Source: an uncultured Candidatus Saccharibacteria bacterium
GTDB taxonomy: Bacteria; Patescibacteriota; Minisyncoccia; Portnoybacterales; UBA2143
Assembly (NCBI GenBank): GCA_964649795.1
Contig: CAZYQY010000002.1
Location: 1-61,659, forward strand
Length of the DNA: 61,659 nucleotides
Direction: 5' to 3'
Part shown: positions 25,077-35,931 of the stretch, in pieces
Layout of the letters: each line of letters begins with the position of its first letter
Position numbering within the stretch: the stretch's first letter is position 1
Made by a program: the position numbers and the translations under genes
Notes under the pieces: generated by a model
Database searches by the model: none
Told to the model about the DNA's origin: nothing
What the model saw: the letters and a program-made list of their open reading frames with translations, nothing else

Positions 25077-27269
25077 ATGAATCTTATTATAGTAGAGAGT
25101 CCAACAAAGGCAAAAACAATTAGTAAATTTATTGGCAAGAATTATAAAATTCTGTCTTCTTATGGTCATATTCGCGATTTGCCTAAAAAAAATATTGGCA
25201 TTGATATTGAACATAATTTCAAGCCAGAATACGTTATTCCAGATAAAGCAGGAAAGATTGTTAAAGAATTAAAGCAGGTCAGCAAAAAAGCAGATTTGGT
25301 TATTCTGGCTACTGATGAAGATAGAGAAGGAGAAGCTATTGCCTGGCATATTGCCCAAATTTTAAAACTGGATAAAAAAGATTATCAAAGAATCGCTTTT
25401 CATGAAATAACAAAAAAAGCCATTGAACAAGCGCTGGAAAATCCAAGAAAGATAAATATGAACTTAGTTGATGCCCAGCAAGCTAGACGGATTTTGGACA
25501 GATTAGTAGGATATAAGCTATCGCCTTTTTTATGGAAAAAAGTAATGAGAGGACTATCAGCAGGACGTGTTCAATCAGTAACTGTTCGTTTAATTGTTGA
25601 CCGAGAAAGAGAAATTAAAGATTTTAAGCCAGATGAATATTGGACAATTGTTGCTTCTTTGATCAAAATCAAAAATAATCAAGAAAAAATTGAATCTAAA
25701 TTAATAAAGATAAATAATAAAAGACTATCTAAGCTTGGAATAAAGACAAAGCAAGAAGCAGACAAAATATTAAAAGATTTAAAAGAAGCAGAATACAAAG
25801 TAATTGATATTAAGAAAAAAGAAGTCCAAAAACATCCGGGGCCGCCATTTACCACCAGCACCCTTCAACAAGAAGCATCCCGCAAATTAGGTTTTTCTGC
25901 CAAACAGACAATGTCTATTGCTCAACGGCTTTATGAAGGTGGTCATATTACTTATCATCGAACTGATTCTTTAAATCTTTCGAACGAAGCATTGAATGTG
26001 GCTAAAAAATTTATTGAAAAAGAATTTGGCAAAAAATATGCTTTAAATGCTCATCGATTTTACAAAAATAAATCCAAAGGCGCTCAAGAAGCGCATGAAG
26101 CAATTAGACCAACTCAACCTGACTGCATTCCGGGCAAAATCAAACAACATTTAGATTCAAGTCAATACAGGCTTTACAATTTAATCTGGCAAAGGTTTAT
26201 TGCCTGTCAAATGGCATCAGCTATTTTAGATGCTACAACTGTTGATATTTCAGCTTTTGAAAATTATATTTTCCGGGCAACTGGTTCAACAATTAAATTT
26301 GACGGCTTTCTTAAGGTTTATTCGGCTAAATTAAAAGAATTTATAATTCCTCCTCTGGCCAAAGAAGAAATGTTAAAATTAATAAAGCTTATTCCAGAAC
26401 AACATTTTACTGAAGGGCCAGCTCGTTATAATGAGGCCTCTTTAATAAAGACCTTAGAAGATTACGGCATTGGTCGTCCTTCAACATATGCTCCGATTAT
26501 CAGCACAATTCAAGAACGCGGATATACTGAAAAAGATGAACAAAAAAGATTTATCCCGACTGAAATAGGATTCATTGTCATTGATATGCTTAAGGAAAAC
26601 TTTCCACAAATCGTTGATACTAAATTTACTGCTTATTTAGAAAAAGATCTTGATAAAATTGCTGATAACCGCCAGGATTGGTTAAGTGTGCTCCAAAAAT
26701 TTTATAAACCATTTAATGAAAATCTTCTTAAGAAATACAAAGATGTGGAAAAGAAAAAATTAGAAGAACCAACTGATAAAAAATGCCCTAAATGTAATAG
26801 TTCTTTAGTTATTAAATTAGGCCGCTTTGGCAAGTTTTTAGCCTGTTCTAATTTTCCTGAATGCAAATACACTGAACCATTAGGAGAAGACAAAGAACTT
26901 AAAGAGAAATATAAAGACATTGTCTGCGATAAATGCGGCGGTGCCATGATAATAAAACACGGAAGATTTGGGCCATTTTTAGCTTGCAGTAATTATCCTA
27001 AATGCAAAAACATTAAACCAATTGTAAAATCTACAGGCGTCCAATGTCCAAAATGTTTTGAAGGAGAATTAATTGAAAGAAAAACCAAAAAGGGCAAAAT
27101 TTTTTATTCATGTTCTAGATATCCAAAATGCGATTTTGCTTTATGGGATAAACCGATTAATGAAAAATGTCCTAAATGCGGCTCTTTGTTGGTTGAGAAA
27201 AAAAATAAGCAGATTAAATGCAGCAACAAAGAATGCGACTATAAGAAAAAATCTTTAGGAAAAAAATAA
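25077..27269 (+). CDS. topA: DNA topoisomerase I with C-terminal zinc-ribbon repeats
   Basis: TOPRIM domain (IVESPTKAK, DEDREGE), the active-site region GHITYHRTDS, and four CxxC...CxxC fingers. Confidence 0.95.
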   Translation: MNLIIVESPTKAKTISKFIGKNYKILSSYGHIRDLPKKNIGIDIEHNFKPEYVIPDKAGKIVKELKQVSKKADLVILATDEDREGEAIAWHIAQILKLDKKDYQRIAFHEITKKAIEQALENPRKINMNLVDAQQARRILDRLVGYKLSPFLWKKVMRGLSAGRVQSVTVRLIVDREREIKDFKPDEYWTIVASLIKIKNNQEKIESKLIKINNKRLSKLGIKTKQEADKILKDLKEAEYKVIDIKKKEVQKHPGPPFTTSTLQQEASRKLGFSAKQTMSIAQRLYEGGHITYHRTDSLNLSNEALNVAKKFIEKEFGKKYALNAHRFYKNKSKGAQEAHEAIRPTQPDCIPGKIKQHLDSSQYRLYNLIWQRFIACQMASAILDATTVDISAFENYIFRATGSTIKFDGFLKVYSAKLKEFIIPPLAKEEMLKLIKLIPEQHFTEGPARYNEASLIKTLEDYGIGRPSTYAPIISTIQERGYTEKDEQKRFIPTEIGFIVIDMLKENFPQIVDTKFTAYLEKDLDKIADNRQDWLSVLQKFYKPFNENLLKKYKDVEKKKLEEPTDKKCPKCNSSLVIKLGRFGKFLACSNFPECKYTEPLGEDKELKEKYKDIVCDKCGGAMIIKHGRFGPFLACSNYPKCKNIKPIVKSTGVQCPKCFEGELIERKTKKGKIFYSCSRYPKCDFALWDKPINEKCPKCGSLLVEKKNKQIKCSNKECDYKKKSLGKK

Positions 27270-27280
27270 CCTTAAATTTA

Positions 27281-28750
27281 ATGGAAATAAAAAAATTCTT
27301 AGAAGAATTAAAAAAAATTAATCCGGAGCTTGATTTTGATTTGATTGAAAAAGCCTGTTTTTTTGCTAAAGAAAATTATCAGGGATTAATTCGGCTCTCT
27401 GGTCAAACTTATCTTGACCACTGTTTGGAGGTTGCGATTGATTTAGCTAAAATAAAATTACATTCAGTCTGTATTGCCACAACCATTCTTCACGAAATAA
27501 TAGAAAGAACAGATATAACTAAAGACCAGCTTAAAAAGAATTTTGGCGAAGAAATAACTTTTTTAGTTGAAGGAGTAACTAATGTTGGTAAAATAGAGCA
27601 TAAAAAAGCCGAGCGCAGTTCAGAAAATCTCCGTAAATTATTTTTAGCCATGGCTCAAGATATACGAGTTGTTATAATCAAGCTTTTTAACCGATTGCAT
27701 GGATTAAGAACTCTTTATGTCTTCTCGTTGGAGAAACAAAAAAGGATATCTTTGGAAACTTTGGATATCTATGCTCCTTTAGCTAATCGGCTTGGGATTG
27801 GCTGGCTTAAAGGCGAATTAGAGGACTTATCTTTTGCCTATGGTTATCCCAAGGAATATCATGACTTAATTAAACAAGTAAAAGATAAATATAGTCAAGG
27901 TAAAGAATATCTAAATAAAATCATTCCTTTTACCAAAAAGATACTAACCAAAAGAGGAATTAAGGTGGTTGAAATCCATGCAAGAACAAAACATTATTAT
28001 AGCTTATACAGAAAACTTAAAAAATATGATATGGATTGGCACAAAATCTATGATTTAGCTGCTATAAGAATTATTGTTCCGGATATTGAAACTTGTTACG
28101 CTGCTTTAGGAATTATACATAAAAAATGGAAGCCGTTAATTGGTCAGATTAAAGATTATATTGCTATACCCAAGCCAAATGGCTATCAATCGCTTCATAC
28201 AACTGTTTTTTGCGAAAAAGGGAAAATTACTGAATTTCAGATTCGTACTTCTGAAATGCATCAAGAAGCTGAATATGGAATTGCTGCTCACTGGCGATAT
28301 AGCGAGAAAAAAGGAATTAGAGATTATATTGAAAAGAAAATATTAGGCAAGAAACCGGAAAAAGAGCTTAAAAAAGAATTAATCTGGGTAAAACAGCTTC
28401 AAGAATGGCAAAAAGAGAAATCATCTTCATCTCAAGATTTTCTTGACTCTCTAAAAATTGATTTTTTAAAAGATCGTATTTTCGTTTTTACTCCTAAAGG
28501 AGATGTTATTGATTTGCCTGAAGGAAGCACATCTATAGATTTTGCCTATCAAATCCATACTGATATCGGACATCAATGCGCTGGCGTTAAAATTGACGGT
28601 AAATTAAGCTCATTATCTGAACCATTGCGAAATGGACAAATAGTGGAAATTGTTATCCAAAAAAACAAAAAGCCAAATAGAGATTGGCTTAAATTTGCTA
28701 AAACAACACAGGCAAAAAATAGAATTAGCGCCTGGTTTAGGAAAAATTAG
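27281..28750 (+). CDS. RelA/SpoT homolog (HD domain, (p)ppGpp synthetase domain, TGS domain)
   Basis: Synthetase motifs (IYDLAAIRIIV, NGYQSLHTTV, EFQIRTSEMH) and a TGS domain (VFTPKGDVIDLPEGST). The HD motif reads LHEIIERT rather than LHDvvEDT. Confidence 0.85.
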   Translation: MEIKKFLEELKKINPELDFDLIEKACFFAKENYQGLIRLSGQTYLDHCLEVAIDLAKIKLHSVCIATTILHEIIERTDITKDQLKKNFGEEITFLVEGVTNVGKIEHKKAERSSENLRKLFLAMAQDIRVVIIKLFNRLHGLRTLYVFSLEKQKRISLETLDIYAPLANRLGIGWLKGELEDLSFAYGYPKEYHDLIKQVKDKYSQGKEYLNKIIPFTKKILTKRGIKVVEIHARTKHYYSLYRKLKKYDMDWHKIYDLAAIRIIVPDIETCYAALGIIHKKWKPLIGQIKDYIAIPKPNGYQSLHTTVFCEKGKITEFQIRTSEMHQEAEYGIAAHWRYSEKKGIRDYIEKKILGKKPEKELKKELIWVKQLQEWQKEKSSSSQDFLDSLKIDFLKDRIFVFTPKGDVIDLPEGSTSIDFAYQIHTDIGHQCAGVKIDGKLSSLSEPLRNGQIVEIVIQKNKKPNRDWLKFAKTTQAKNRISAWFRKN

Positions 28751-29655
28751 ATTTTCAATAAATAATTAATTATTTTATCTAATTCTTTTTGACTGGCAAA
28801 TTCAATGTTTAAATAATTGTTTCCGCCTCTTTTAATAATACTCACACGATTACCTAAGACCTGGCCAAGGTCTTTTTCTATTTTTATAAAAATCGGATTC
28901 CTTGGACCAACTGTTCTTGGTTTTTTGGGAAGAGATAATTTTCTTGCTTTTTCTTCTGATCGACGAACACTTAGTTTATTTCTAATAATTTCTCTAAAAA
29001 GAGATGATTGAGCATCTGGGCTAGCCATTAAAATAGCCCGTCCATGCCCTTCGCTAATGCGACAAGCTGATATGGCTTTTTGGGCTTCTTTGGGCAAATC
29101 CAATAAGCGCAATGTATTAGTTACTGCTACCCTGGATTTGCCTACTTTCTGGGCAATATCTAAATGTCTTAATTTAAATTCATTGCGAAGCTGTTCAAAA
29201 GCTGCTGCTGCTTCCATTGGATTAAGATCTTCACGCTGGAGATTTTCTACTAATGCTATTTCTAGTTTTTCTTTGGCTGAACTATCTCTAATAATTACTG
29301 GCACTTGAGGCAATTTGGCTATTTGAGCTGCTCGCCATCTCCGTTCTCCTGCAACTAATTCGTATTCTACTTGCCTGCCCCTACTGGTTGATTTCTCGCT
29401 CTTAGTAACAATCAATGGTTGGAGTATCCCATGCTCTTTAATAGAATTTGCCAATTCTTTTAAGGCATCTTGAGAAAAATCACTGCGCGGCTGACGAGAA
29501 TTAGGTTTAATTTTATCAATTTCAATGTTAAAAATACTCTCTTTTTTTGATTTATCCCAATCAGTTATTTTTATTTCTTTATCAGATTGAAAATATTTTC
29601 CAGATTGTTTTTTAGGTATTAAAGATCGTAATCCTTTACCAAGCGATTGTTTCAT
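28747..29655 (-). CDS. parB: Chromosome partitioning protein ParB
   Basis: GILQPLIV and LVAGERRWRAA ParB boxes, plus an HTH. Confidence 0.92.
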   Translation of the reverse strand: MKQSLGKGLRSLIPKKQSGKYFQSDKEIKITDWDKSKKESIFNIEIDKIKPNSRQPRSDFSQDALKELANSIKEHGILQPLIVTKSEKSTSRGRQVEYELVAGERRWRAAQIAKLPQVPVIIRDSSAKEKLEIALVENLQREDLNPMEAAAAFEQLRNEFKLRHLDIAQKVGKSRVAVTNTLRLLDLPKEAQKAISACRISEGHGRAILMASPDAQSSLFREIIRNKLSVRRSEEKARKLSLPKKPRTVGPRNPIFIKIEKDLGQVLGNRVSIIKRGGNNYLNIEFASQKELDKIINYLLKI

Positions 29656-29665
29656 GATTTTGTTT

Positions 29666-30430
29666 TTATTTATCTAATTTAATAATTTCTTTGGCTAATT
29701 CACGATATGCCTTAGCTCCTTTAGAATGTGAATTATATTGTAAAATTGACTGGCCAAAACTTGGTGCTTCAGCCAATTTAACACATCTTGGAATAATTGT
29801 TTCAAAAACATAACCGGCAAAATTTCTTTCTATTTCTTTACGTACCTGGCGAGAGAGCCGGTTGCGACGGTCATACATAGTTAGTAAGGCGCCTTTAATT
29901 TTTGTCTGGCTGCCTAAATTATCTTGAACTAATTCAACTGTTTTTAAAAGTTGGCCTAATCCTTCTAAAGCATAATATTCGCATTGTACTGGAATAATAA
30001 TTTCATCAGCAGCTACCAAGCCATTAATTGTTAAAAGCCCTAAACTGGGAGGGCAGTCAACTAAAATATAGTCATAATTAGTTCTAATCCTACCAAGCAA
30101 TTCATGGAGTTTAAATTCACGATTATTTTGAGGAACCAATTCTACAGTTGCGCCAGCTAAATCAGAAGTAGAAGGCATAACATCATAACCAAAAAGATTT
30201 GTTTTACGGATAATTTCTTCGGGCAAAATGCCTCCTATTAAAGAATGGTATAAACTTAAAGGAACTGTCTGCGGATTAATACCAATCCCAGAAGTAGCAT
30301 TTGCCTGCGGATCAATATCAACTAAAAGAACATACTTGCCCATAGCAGCTAAATAACTTGCCAAATTTATTGCCGATGTGCTCTTTCCTACACCACCTTT
30401 TTGATTGACTAAACTCACAATTTGAGCCAT
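29666..30430 (-). CDS. parA: Chromosome partitioning ATPase ParA/Soj
   Basis: Deviant Walker A motif NQKGGVGKST. Confidence 0.93.
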   Translation of the reverse strand: MAQIVSLVNQKGGVGKSTSAINLASYLAAMGKYVLLVDIDPQANATSGIGINPQTVPLSLYHSLIGGILPEEIIRKTNLFGYDVMPSTSDLAGATVELVPQNNREFKLHELLGRIRTNYDYILVDCPPSLGLLTINGLVAADEIIIPVQCEYYALEGLGQLLKTVELVQDNLGSQTKIKGALLTMYDRRNRLSRQVRKEIERNFAGYVFETIIPRCVKLAEAPSFGQSILQYNSHSKGAKAYRELAKEIIKLDK

Positions 30431-30494
30431 ATAATCTTATTATACATCATCTTCCAATTGACAACAAGTGGATTTTAAGAGAAAATACTAATAG

Positions 30495-30581
30495 GCCGAC
30501 GTGGCGGAACTGGCCTACGCGTACGACTCAAAATCGTATGGGCGCAAGCCCTTGTGGGTTCGAATCCCACCGTCGGCACCA
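30495..30581 (+). tRNA. tRNA-Leu (anticodon CAA), CCA encoded
   Basis: GCCGACG acceptor stem, anticodon arm TACGA-CTCAAAA-TCGTA, a long variable arm, GTGGG-TTCGAAT-CCCAC T arm, and a CGTCGGC-A-CCA 3' end. Confidence 0.9.
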
Positions 30582-30583
30582 AG

Positions 30584-31222
30584 TTATCTAAACAACTTAT
30601 CAAGTTCTTTTTTACTTACTGGGCCTACTCGAGTAATTTTAGGCTTTAGACCTGTTAAGTCCAAAACAGTTGAAGGAAGTTTTTTTAATAAATCTCCTGC
30701 GTCTAAAATTAAATCAGGTCGAGGATGCGCTTTTATAAAAATTTTAATAACTTCTCTAGCAGAACTTAATGGCGGTTCGCCAGAAAAATTAGCTGAGGTG
30801 ACTGTAATTGGTTTTTCTAAATGCTCCATTAAAGCTTGCGTGAATAAACAATTCGGTATTCTCAAGCCAATGGTTCTTTTACCAGCAGTTAAAATATCAG
30901 GGACAATGTCTCTTTTTTCTAAAATTACAGTTACTGGTCCAGGCCAAATTTCTTCTAAGATTTTTTCTTTTTCTCTGTTAATAAAAGATAGCGTCTTAGC
31001 CATAGCAATATCACGAATCATTACTGGTACTGGCTTTGTCTCAGGCCTTTTTTTAATTTTAAAAAGCCGTTCAATATTATATTTATCTAAAGCATTGACT
31101 CCCAATCCATAAACAGTGTCAGTCGGGTATACAATACTTCCATTTCTTTGAATAACCCCTGCTGCTATTTCAATAATCCTGCTGTCTAATTCGTCAGATA
31201 AATTAAATTTAATAATTTCCAT
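30584..31222 (-). CDS. tsaC: L-threonylcarbamoyladenylate synthase (TsaC/YwlC/Sua5 family)
   Basis: YPTDTVYGLG and TSANFSGEPP motifs. Confidence 0.88.
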   Translation of the reverse strand: MEIIKFNLSDELDSRIIEIAAGVIQRNGSIVYPTDTVYGLGVNALDKYNIERLFKIKKRPETKPVPVMIRDIAMAKTLSFINREKEKILEEIWPGPVTVILEKRDIVPDILTAGKRTIGLRIPNCLFTQALMEHLEKPITVTSANFSGEPPLSSAREVIKIFIKAHPRPDLILDAGDLLKKLPSTVLDLTGLKPKITRVGPVSKKELDKLFR

Positions 31223-31223
31223 G

Positions 31224-33623
31224 TTAAACCACTATATTAACTAATCGATTTGGAATATAGATAATTTTCTTTGGCTCTTTATTATCTATCCATTTCTTGA
31301 TTTTTTCTTGGGACAAGGCTATTTCTTTTGCTTTTTTTTCTGGGATTTCTTGTCTAACTTCTATTTTATCCCTGACTTTGCCATTAATTTGGATAATTAA
31401 TTGCCAAGTTTCTTCTTTGATTAACTTCTTGTTGTATTTAGGCCATTTTTCCAAAAAAATGCTTTTTTTATTTCCTGATTGTTCCCATAATTCTTCTGCA
31501 ATATGAGGTGCAAAAGGAGCTAATAGCTTTAAAAACATCTCTGATTCTTTTTTAGCCAAAGCATTATTTTCTTCGGCCCATAAGTTAATAAATTCCATAA
31601 AAGCAGCTATAACTGTATTGAATTTCATTGATTCCAAATCTTGATTAACTTTTTTAATTAATTGATGTAATTTAGTAATTAATTCTCTATTGCTTCTTGA
31701 GTTGAATTTTTCCTTATTGCTAAATATTTGCCAAACTTTATTAATAAAACGAAAACATCCTTGAACACCTTTATCGCTCCAGCTAATCATCTGATCAAAA
31801 GGACCCATAAACATTTCATAAGTCCTTAATGTGTCAGCTCCGTAATGTACAATAACATCATCAGGCCTTACAACATTATCAAAACTTTTGCTCATTTTGC
31901 GGCTATCTCCAGATAAAACCACTCCATGAGAATAACGGCGTTGATATGGTTCTATAGTTGGCACAATTCCTATGTCATACAGAAACTTATGCCAAAAACG
32001 AGAGTATAGCAAATGCAAAGTAGTATGCTCCATTCCTCCATTATACAAATCAACTGGCAGCCAATATTTTAATTTTTTAAAATCAGCAAGTTCTTTGTTG
32101 TTATTTGGGTCAATGTATCTCAAAAAATACCATGAAGAACCAGCCCAATTAGGCATAGTATCAGTTTCTCTTTGAGCCGGGCCATTGCATTTAGGACATT
32201 TTGTATTAACCCATTTTTTAATTTTAGCCAAAGGCGATTCGCCTGTTTTGCTTGGCTTGTATTTCTTTACATGAGGCAGTTCAACTGGCAAGCTTTTTTC
32301 TGGCACAGGCACAATTCCGCATTTATCACAATGAATAATGGGAATTGGCTCGCCCCAATAGTGCTGTCTGGAAAATATCCAGTCACGCAGCTTATACTGC
32401 GTTGTTTCTTTACCATTTTTATTTTTAATCAACCAATCAGTAATTTTCTCAATAGCTTCTTTAGAAAATAGTCCGTTAAAATTGCCTGAATTTATTAATT
32501 TGCCATAATTAACATAAGGTTCTTTTGAAATATTGCCGCCTGAAATAACTTCTCTGATCTCCAAGCCATATTTTTTGGCAAACTGGTAATCTCTTTTATC
32601 ATGAGCTGGTACAATCATAACTGCGCCGCCGCCGTAAGTAGCAATTACATAATCACTAACCCAAATTGGCACTTTCTCCTGATTAATTGGATTAATGCAA
32701 TATGAACCAGTAAAGACGCCTGTTTTTTCTTTTTCTAATTTTGTTCTCTCAAATTCGCTTTTCTTTTTTGAATCTAAAACATACTTTTTAATTTTTTCTT
32801 TATTCTCATTAGCAGTTAATTTTTCCAATAAAGGATGTTCTGGAGCAACAATTAATGCCGTGATGCCAAAAATAGTATCAACACGTGTAGTAAAAACAGT
32901 AATTTTATCTGAAGAATCAGCTATTTGCAGATTAAATTCTGTGCCATGGCTTTTCCCAATCCAATTAATCTGCTGTGTCTTAATTTTTTCTAAATAATTA
33001 ATTTTATCCAAATCCTTAATTAATCTATCTGCATATTTAGTTATTTTAAGCATCCATTGTTTAATTGTTTTTTTCTCAGTCTGAGCTCCGCATCTTTCAC
33101 ATTTCCCAGCTATGACTTCTTCATTAGCTAAACCGATTTTACAGCTTGGGCACCAATTAATTGGCATTTTTGATTGATAGGCCAATCCCTTTTTAAAGAG
33201 TTGAATAAAAATCCATTGGCTCCATCTGTAATATTTGGGCTCGCTAGTATTGATTTCCCTTGACCAATCAAAAGAAAGGCCAAGTGAATTCATTTGTTTT
33301 TTGAAAATCTTAATATTATTTTCAGTTACCTTAGCTGGATGAATGCCTGTTTTAATCGCATAATTTTCTGTTGGCAAGCCAAAAGCATCCCAGCCCATAG
33401 GATAAAGCACATTGAATCCCTCCATTCTTTTTTTACGCGCCAAGGCGTCTAAAGAACAATAACTGCGTAAATGCCCCATGTGCAAACCATCTCCAGAAGG
33501 ATAAGGGAATTCAACCATAATGTATTTTTTTGGCTTTTTGGAAAAATCCTCGGCTTTATATAGATCCTGCTTTTCCCATTTCTTCTGCCACTTTTTTTCT
33601 ATTTTATTTGGATTGTATTTCAT
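31224..33623 (-). CDS. leuS: Leucyl-tRNA synthetase
   Basis: HMGHL (HIGH) and KMSKS motifs and a CP1 editing domain. Confidence 0.96.
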   Translation of the reverse strand: MKYNPNKIEKKWQKKWEKQDLYKAEDFSKKPKKYIMVEFPYPSGDGLHMGHLRSYCSLDALARKKRMEGFNVLYPMGWDAFGLPTENYAIKTGIHPAKVTENNIKIFKKQMNSLGLSFDWSREINTSEPKYYRWSQWIFIQLFKKGLAYQSKMPINWCPSCKIGLANEEVIAGKCERCGAQTEKKTIKQWMLKITKYADRLIKDLDKINYLEKIKTQQINWIGKSHGTEFNLQIADSSDKITVFTTRVDTIFGITALIVAPEHPLLEKLTANENKEKIKKYVLDSKKKSEFERTKLEKEKTGVFTGSYCINPINQEKVPIWVSDYVIATYGGGAVMIVPAHDKRDYQFAKKYGLEIREVISGGNISKEPYVNYGKLINSGNFNGLFSKEAIEKITDWLIKNKNGKETTQYKLRDWIFSRQHYWGEPIPIIHCDKCGIVPVPEKSLPVELPHVKKYKPSKTGESPLAKIKKWVNTKCPKCNGPAQRETDTMPNWAGSSWYFLRYIDPNNNKELADFKKLKYWLPVDLYNGGMEHTTLHLLYSRFWHKFLYDIGIVPTIEPYQRRYSHGVVLSGDSRKMSKSFDNVVRPDDVIVHYGADTLRTYEMFMGPFDQMISWSDKGVQGCFRFINKVWQIFSNKEKFNSRSNRELITKLHQLIKKVNQDLESMKFNTVIAAFMEFINLWAEENNALAKKESEMFLKLLAPFAPHIAEELWEQSGNKKSIFLEKWPKYNKKLIKEETWQLIIQINGKVRDKIEVRQEIPEKKAKEIALSQEKIKKWIDNKEPKKIIYIPNRLVNIVV

Positions 33624-33632
33624 AATTTTAAA

Positions 33633-34496
33633 CTATATTCCAAACAAATCTTTTGCGTTTTTTGTTGTTTGTTCAGCAATTTTTTTAAAACTTACTTTCT
33701 TTATTTCAGCTATTTTTTTAGCTACATATTTTACATACAAGGGTTCGTTTCTTTTATATCGGTGAGGTATTGGAGTTAAATACGGCGCATCGGTTTCTAA
33801 TAAGATTCTTTCTAATGGCAAATTCTTAATCACTTTATCGTAGTCGCGAGCGTAAGTGATTAAGCCATTAAATCCAAAATAAAAACCCATGGTCATTAAT
33901 TTCTCGGCCTGTGACCAGCGTCCCATATAGCAATGAATCACTCCTCTGATTTTTTTGCTACTGGCGCCCGGACAATTAAAAGGGCAATTAGCGCAGTTAT
34001 TTGACAAACAGTCCAAAATTTCAATCAAATCGTCATAGGCCTTGCGACAGTGGAAAATAACCGGTTTGTCCATTTTTTGAGCTAATTCCAATTGCTCTAT
34101 TAAAACCTGCCTTTGCTTATCTTTTGCTTCTTGACTGATTTCATCGCCATATTCCAGACCGATTTCGCCCATTGCCACTGTTTTAGGATTTTCTAATAAT
34201 TCTTTATATTTTCCCGGCTTAAATTCTTCCAATTCCCGGATTTCTGTTTGAGCTCCTTTATCCTGTTCAAGATTATCCTGATGAATATGGCTTGGATGAA
34301 TACACACAGCTGCATAAACTCCTTGTTTATATTTTTCTGCATATTCAACGGCTCGACAACTAGTGCTATATTGAGCGCCAACATTAATTGTCCAGATATT
34401 TTCTTTTAATGCCCGTTTAATGACTTTGTCGCCATCATCCTTAAAAGCGTTAAAATTAACATGCGTATGAGTATCGATTAACAATGGTCTGTTCAT
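33633..34496 (-). CDS. tatD: TatD-family metal-dependent hydrolase
   Basis: IDTHTH start motif and ETDAPYL near the C-terminus. Confidence 0.85.
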   Translation of the reverse strand: MNRPLLIDTHTHVNFNAFKDDGDKVIKRALKENIWTINVGAQYSTSCRAVEYAEKYKQGVYAAVCIHPSHIHQDNLEQDKGAQTEIRELEEFKPGKYKELLENPKTVAMGEIGLEYGDEISQEAKDKQRQVLIEQLELAQKMDKPVIFHCRKAYDDLIEILDCLSNNCANCPFNCPGASSKKIRGVIHCYMGRWSQAEKLMTMGFYFGFNGLITYARDYDKVIKNLPLERILLETDAPYLTPIPHRYKRNEPLYVKYVAKKIAEIKKVSFKKIAEQTTKNAKDLFGI

Positions 34497-34502
34497 ATAA
34501 TC

Positions 34503-35930
34503 TTACAACCGCGGGAATAATGCCTTGGTTTTTTTGTTTTGTTTGATTTGCTTTAAAATTTTCTCTGATGTCTCTGGCATAAACGGTTCCAATAAATCAG
34601 CTATTGTATATAACGTTCCTAGAAGATTTGAAATAATTTCTTTAAATTTATCTGAATCTTTTTCTAATCCCCACGGCTTATTTTTTTCAATATATTCATC
34701 GCAAAAACTAATTAATTGCCGAATTGATTCCAGAGCTTCGTTAAATTTAATTTCTTTCATTGCACTTTTATATCTCTCCTGAACTGATTTAATTTCTAAA
34801 TTAAATACCTTGTCTATTTTCTTTGATTTAACGTTAACTTTTTCTGACAAAGTTAAAACTCTGCTTACTAAATTACCTAATCCATTAGCCAAGTCAGCAT
34901 TATAACGTTCTTCTAAACGCTTAATGCTAAAATCACCATCTTGTCCAAAAGAAATTTCACGCAAAAGAAAATATCTTACTACATCTGCCCCATATTTATC
35001 AACCAAATAAATTGGATCAATAACATTGCCCAATGTCTTGCTCATTTTCTGCCCTTCTACTGTAAAAAAACCATGAACAAATATTTTTTTCGGCAGCTCC
35101 AAGCCAACAGCTAATAATAAAGCGGGCCAGAAAATAGCGTGAAATTTAACAATATCTTTGGCTATTAAATGTAAATCAGCTGGCCAATATTTATTAAATT
35201 TTTTTGAATCATTCTCATAGCCAATAGCTGTGATATAGTTTTGGAGGGCTTCTACCCAAACATATATTTTTTGTTTTTTATCAAAAGGCAAATCAATCCC
35301 CCATTTTACTTTTTGTCTTGAAATAGAAAGATTACCTAAATCCTGCTTAAGTAAAGACAAAACTTCTTTTTTACGTTCTTTTGGTTTAATTATTATCTTA
35401 TCTTTTTCAATTAATCCCTTTACTTTAGGAAGAAAATCTTTTAATTTGAAAAAATAGTTTGTTTCAGAAATTAATTCGGGCTTTGTCTTATGATAAGGAC
35501 ATTTACCATTTATTAAATCTTTTTTGAAAATAAAATCTTCACATCCTGTACAATACAAAGCCTTATATTCATCCTGGTAAATTTTGTTGCTTTCTTTTAA
35601 CTTTAATAAAAATTTTGCTACTCCTTTTTTATGCTTTTCATCTGTTGTCCGTATAAAATCATCATATTGAATATTTAGTTTTGCCCAAGCTGTTTTAAAT
35701 TTTTCAGCTATTTCATCAACAAATTTTTGCGGTGTTTTACCCGCTTCACTTGCGGCTTGAGCAATTTTTTCTCCATGTTCGTCTGTCCCAGTCAAAAAGA
35801 AAACTTCTTCGCCTAATTTCTTATGATAGCGAGACAAAACATCAGCTGCCACAGTAGTATAGGTTGTGCCGATGTGAGGTGGCTGATTAGTATAATAAAT
35901 TGGAGTAGTGATATAGAATTTCTTTGCCAT
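34503..35930 (-). CDS. metG: Methionyl-tRNA synthetase (short form)
   Basis: PHIGTTY (HIGH-type) and KMSKTLGN motifs. Confidence 0.95.
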   Translation of the reverse strand: MAKKFYITTPIYYTNQPPHIGTTYTTVAADVLSRYHKKLGEEVFFLTGTDEHGEKIAQAASEAGKTPQKFVDEIAEKFKTAWAKLNIQYDDFIRTTDEKHKKGVAKFLLKLKESNKIYQDEYKALYCTGCEDFIFKKDLINGKCPYHKTKPELISETNYFFKLKDFLPKVKGLIEKDKIIIKPKERKKEVLSLLKQDLGNLSISRQKVKWGIDLPFDKKQKIYVWVEALQNYITAIGYENDSKKFNKYWPADLHLIAKDIVKFHAIFWPALLLAVGLELPKKIFVHGFFTVEGQKMSKTLGNVIDPIYLVDKYGADVVRYFLLREISFGQDGDFSIKRLEERYNADLANGLGNLVSRVLTLSEKVNVKSKKIDKVFNLEIKSVQERYKSAMKEIKFNEALESIRQLISFCDEYIEKNKPWGLEKDSDKFKEIISNLLGTLYTIADLLEPFMPETSEKILKQIKQNKKTKALFPRL

Positions 35931-35931
35931 A

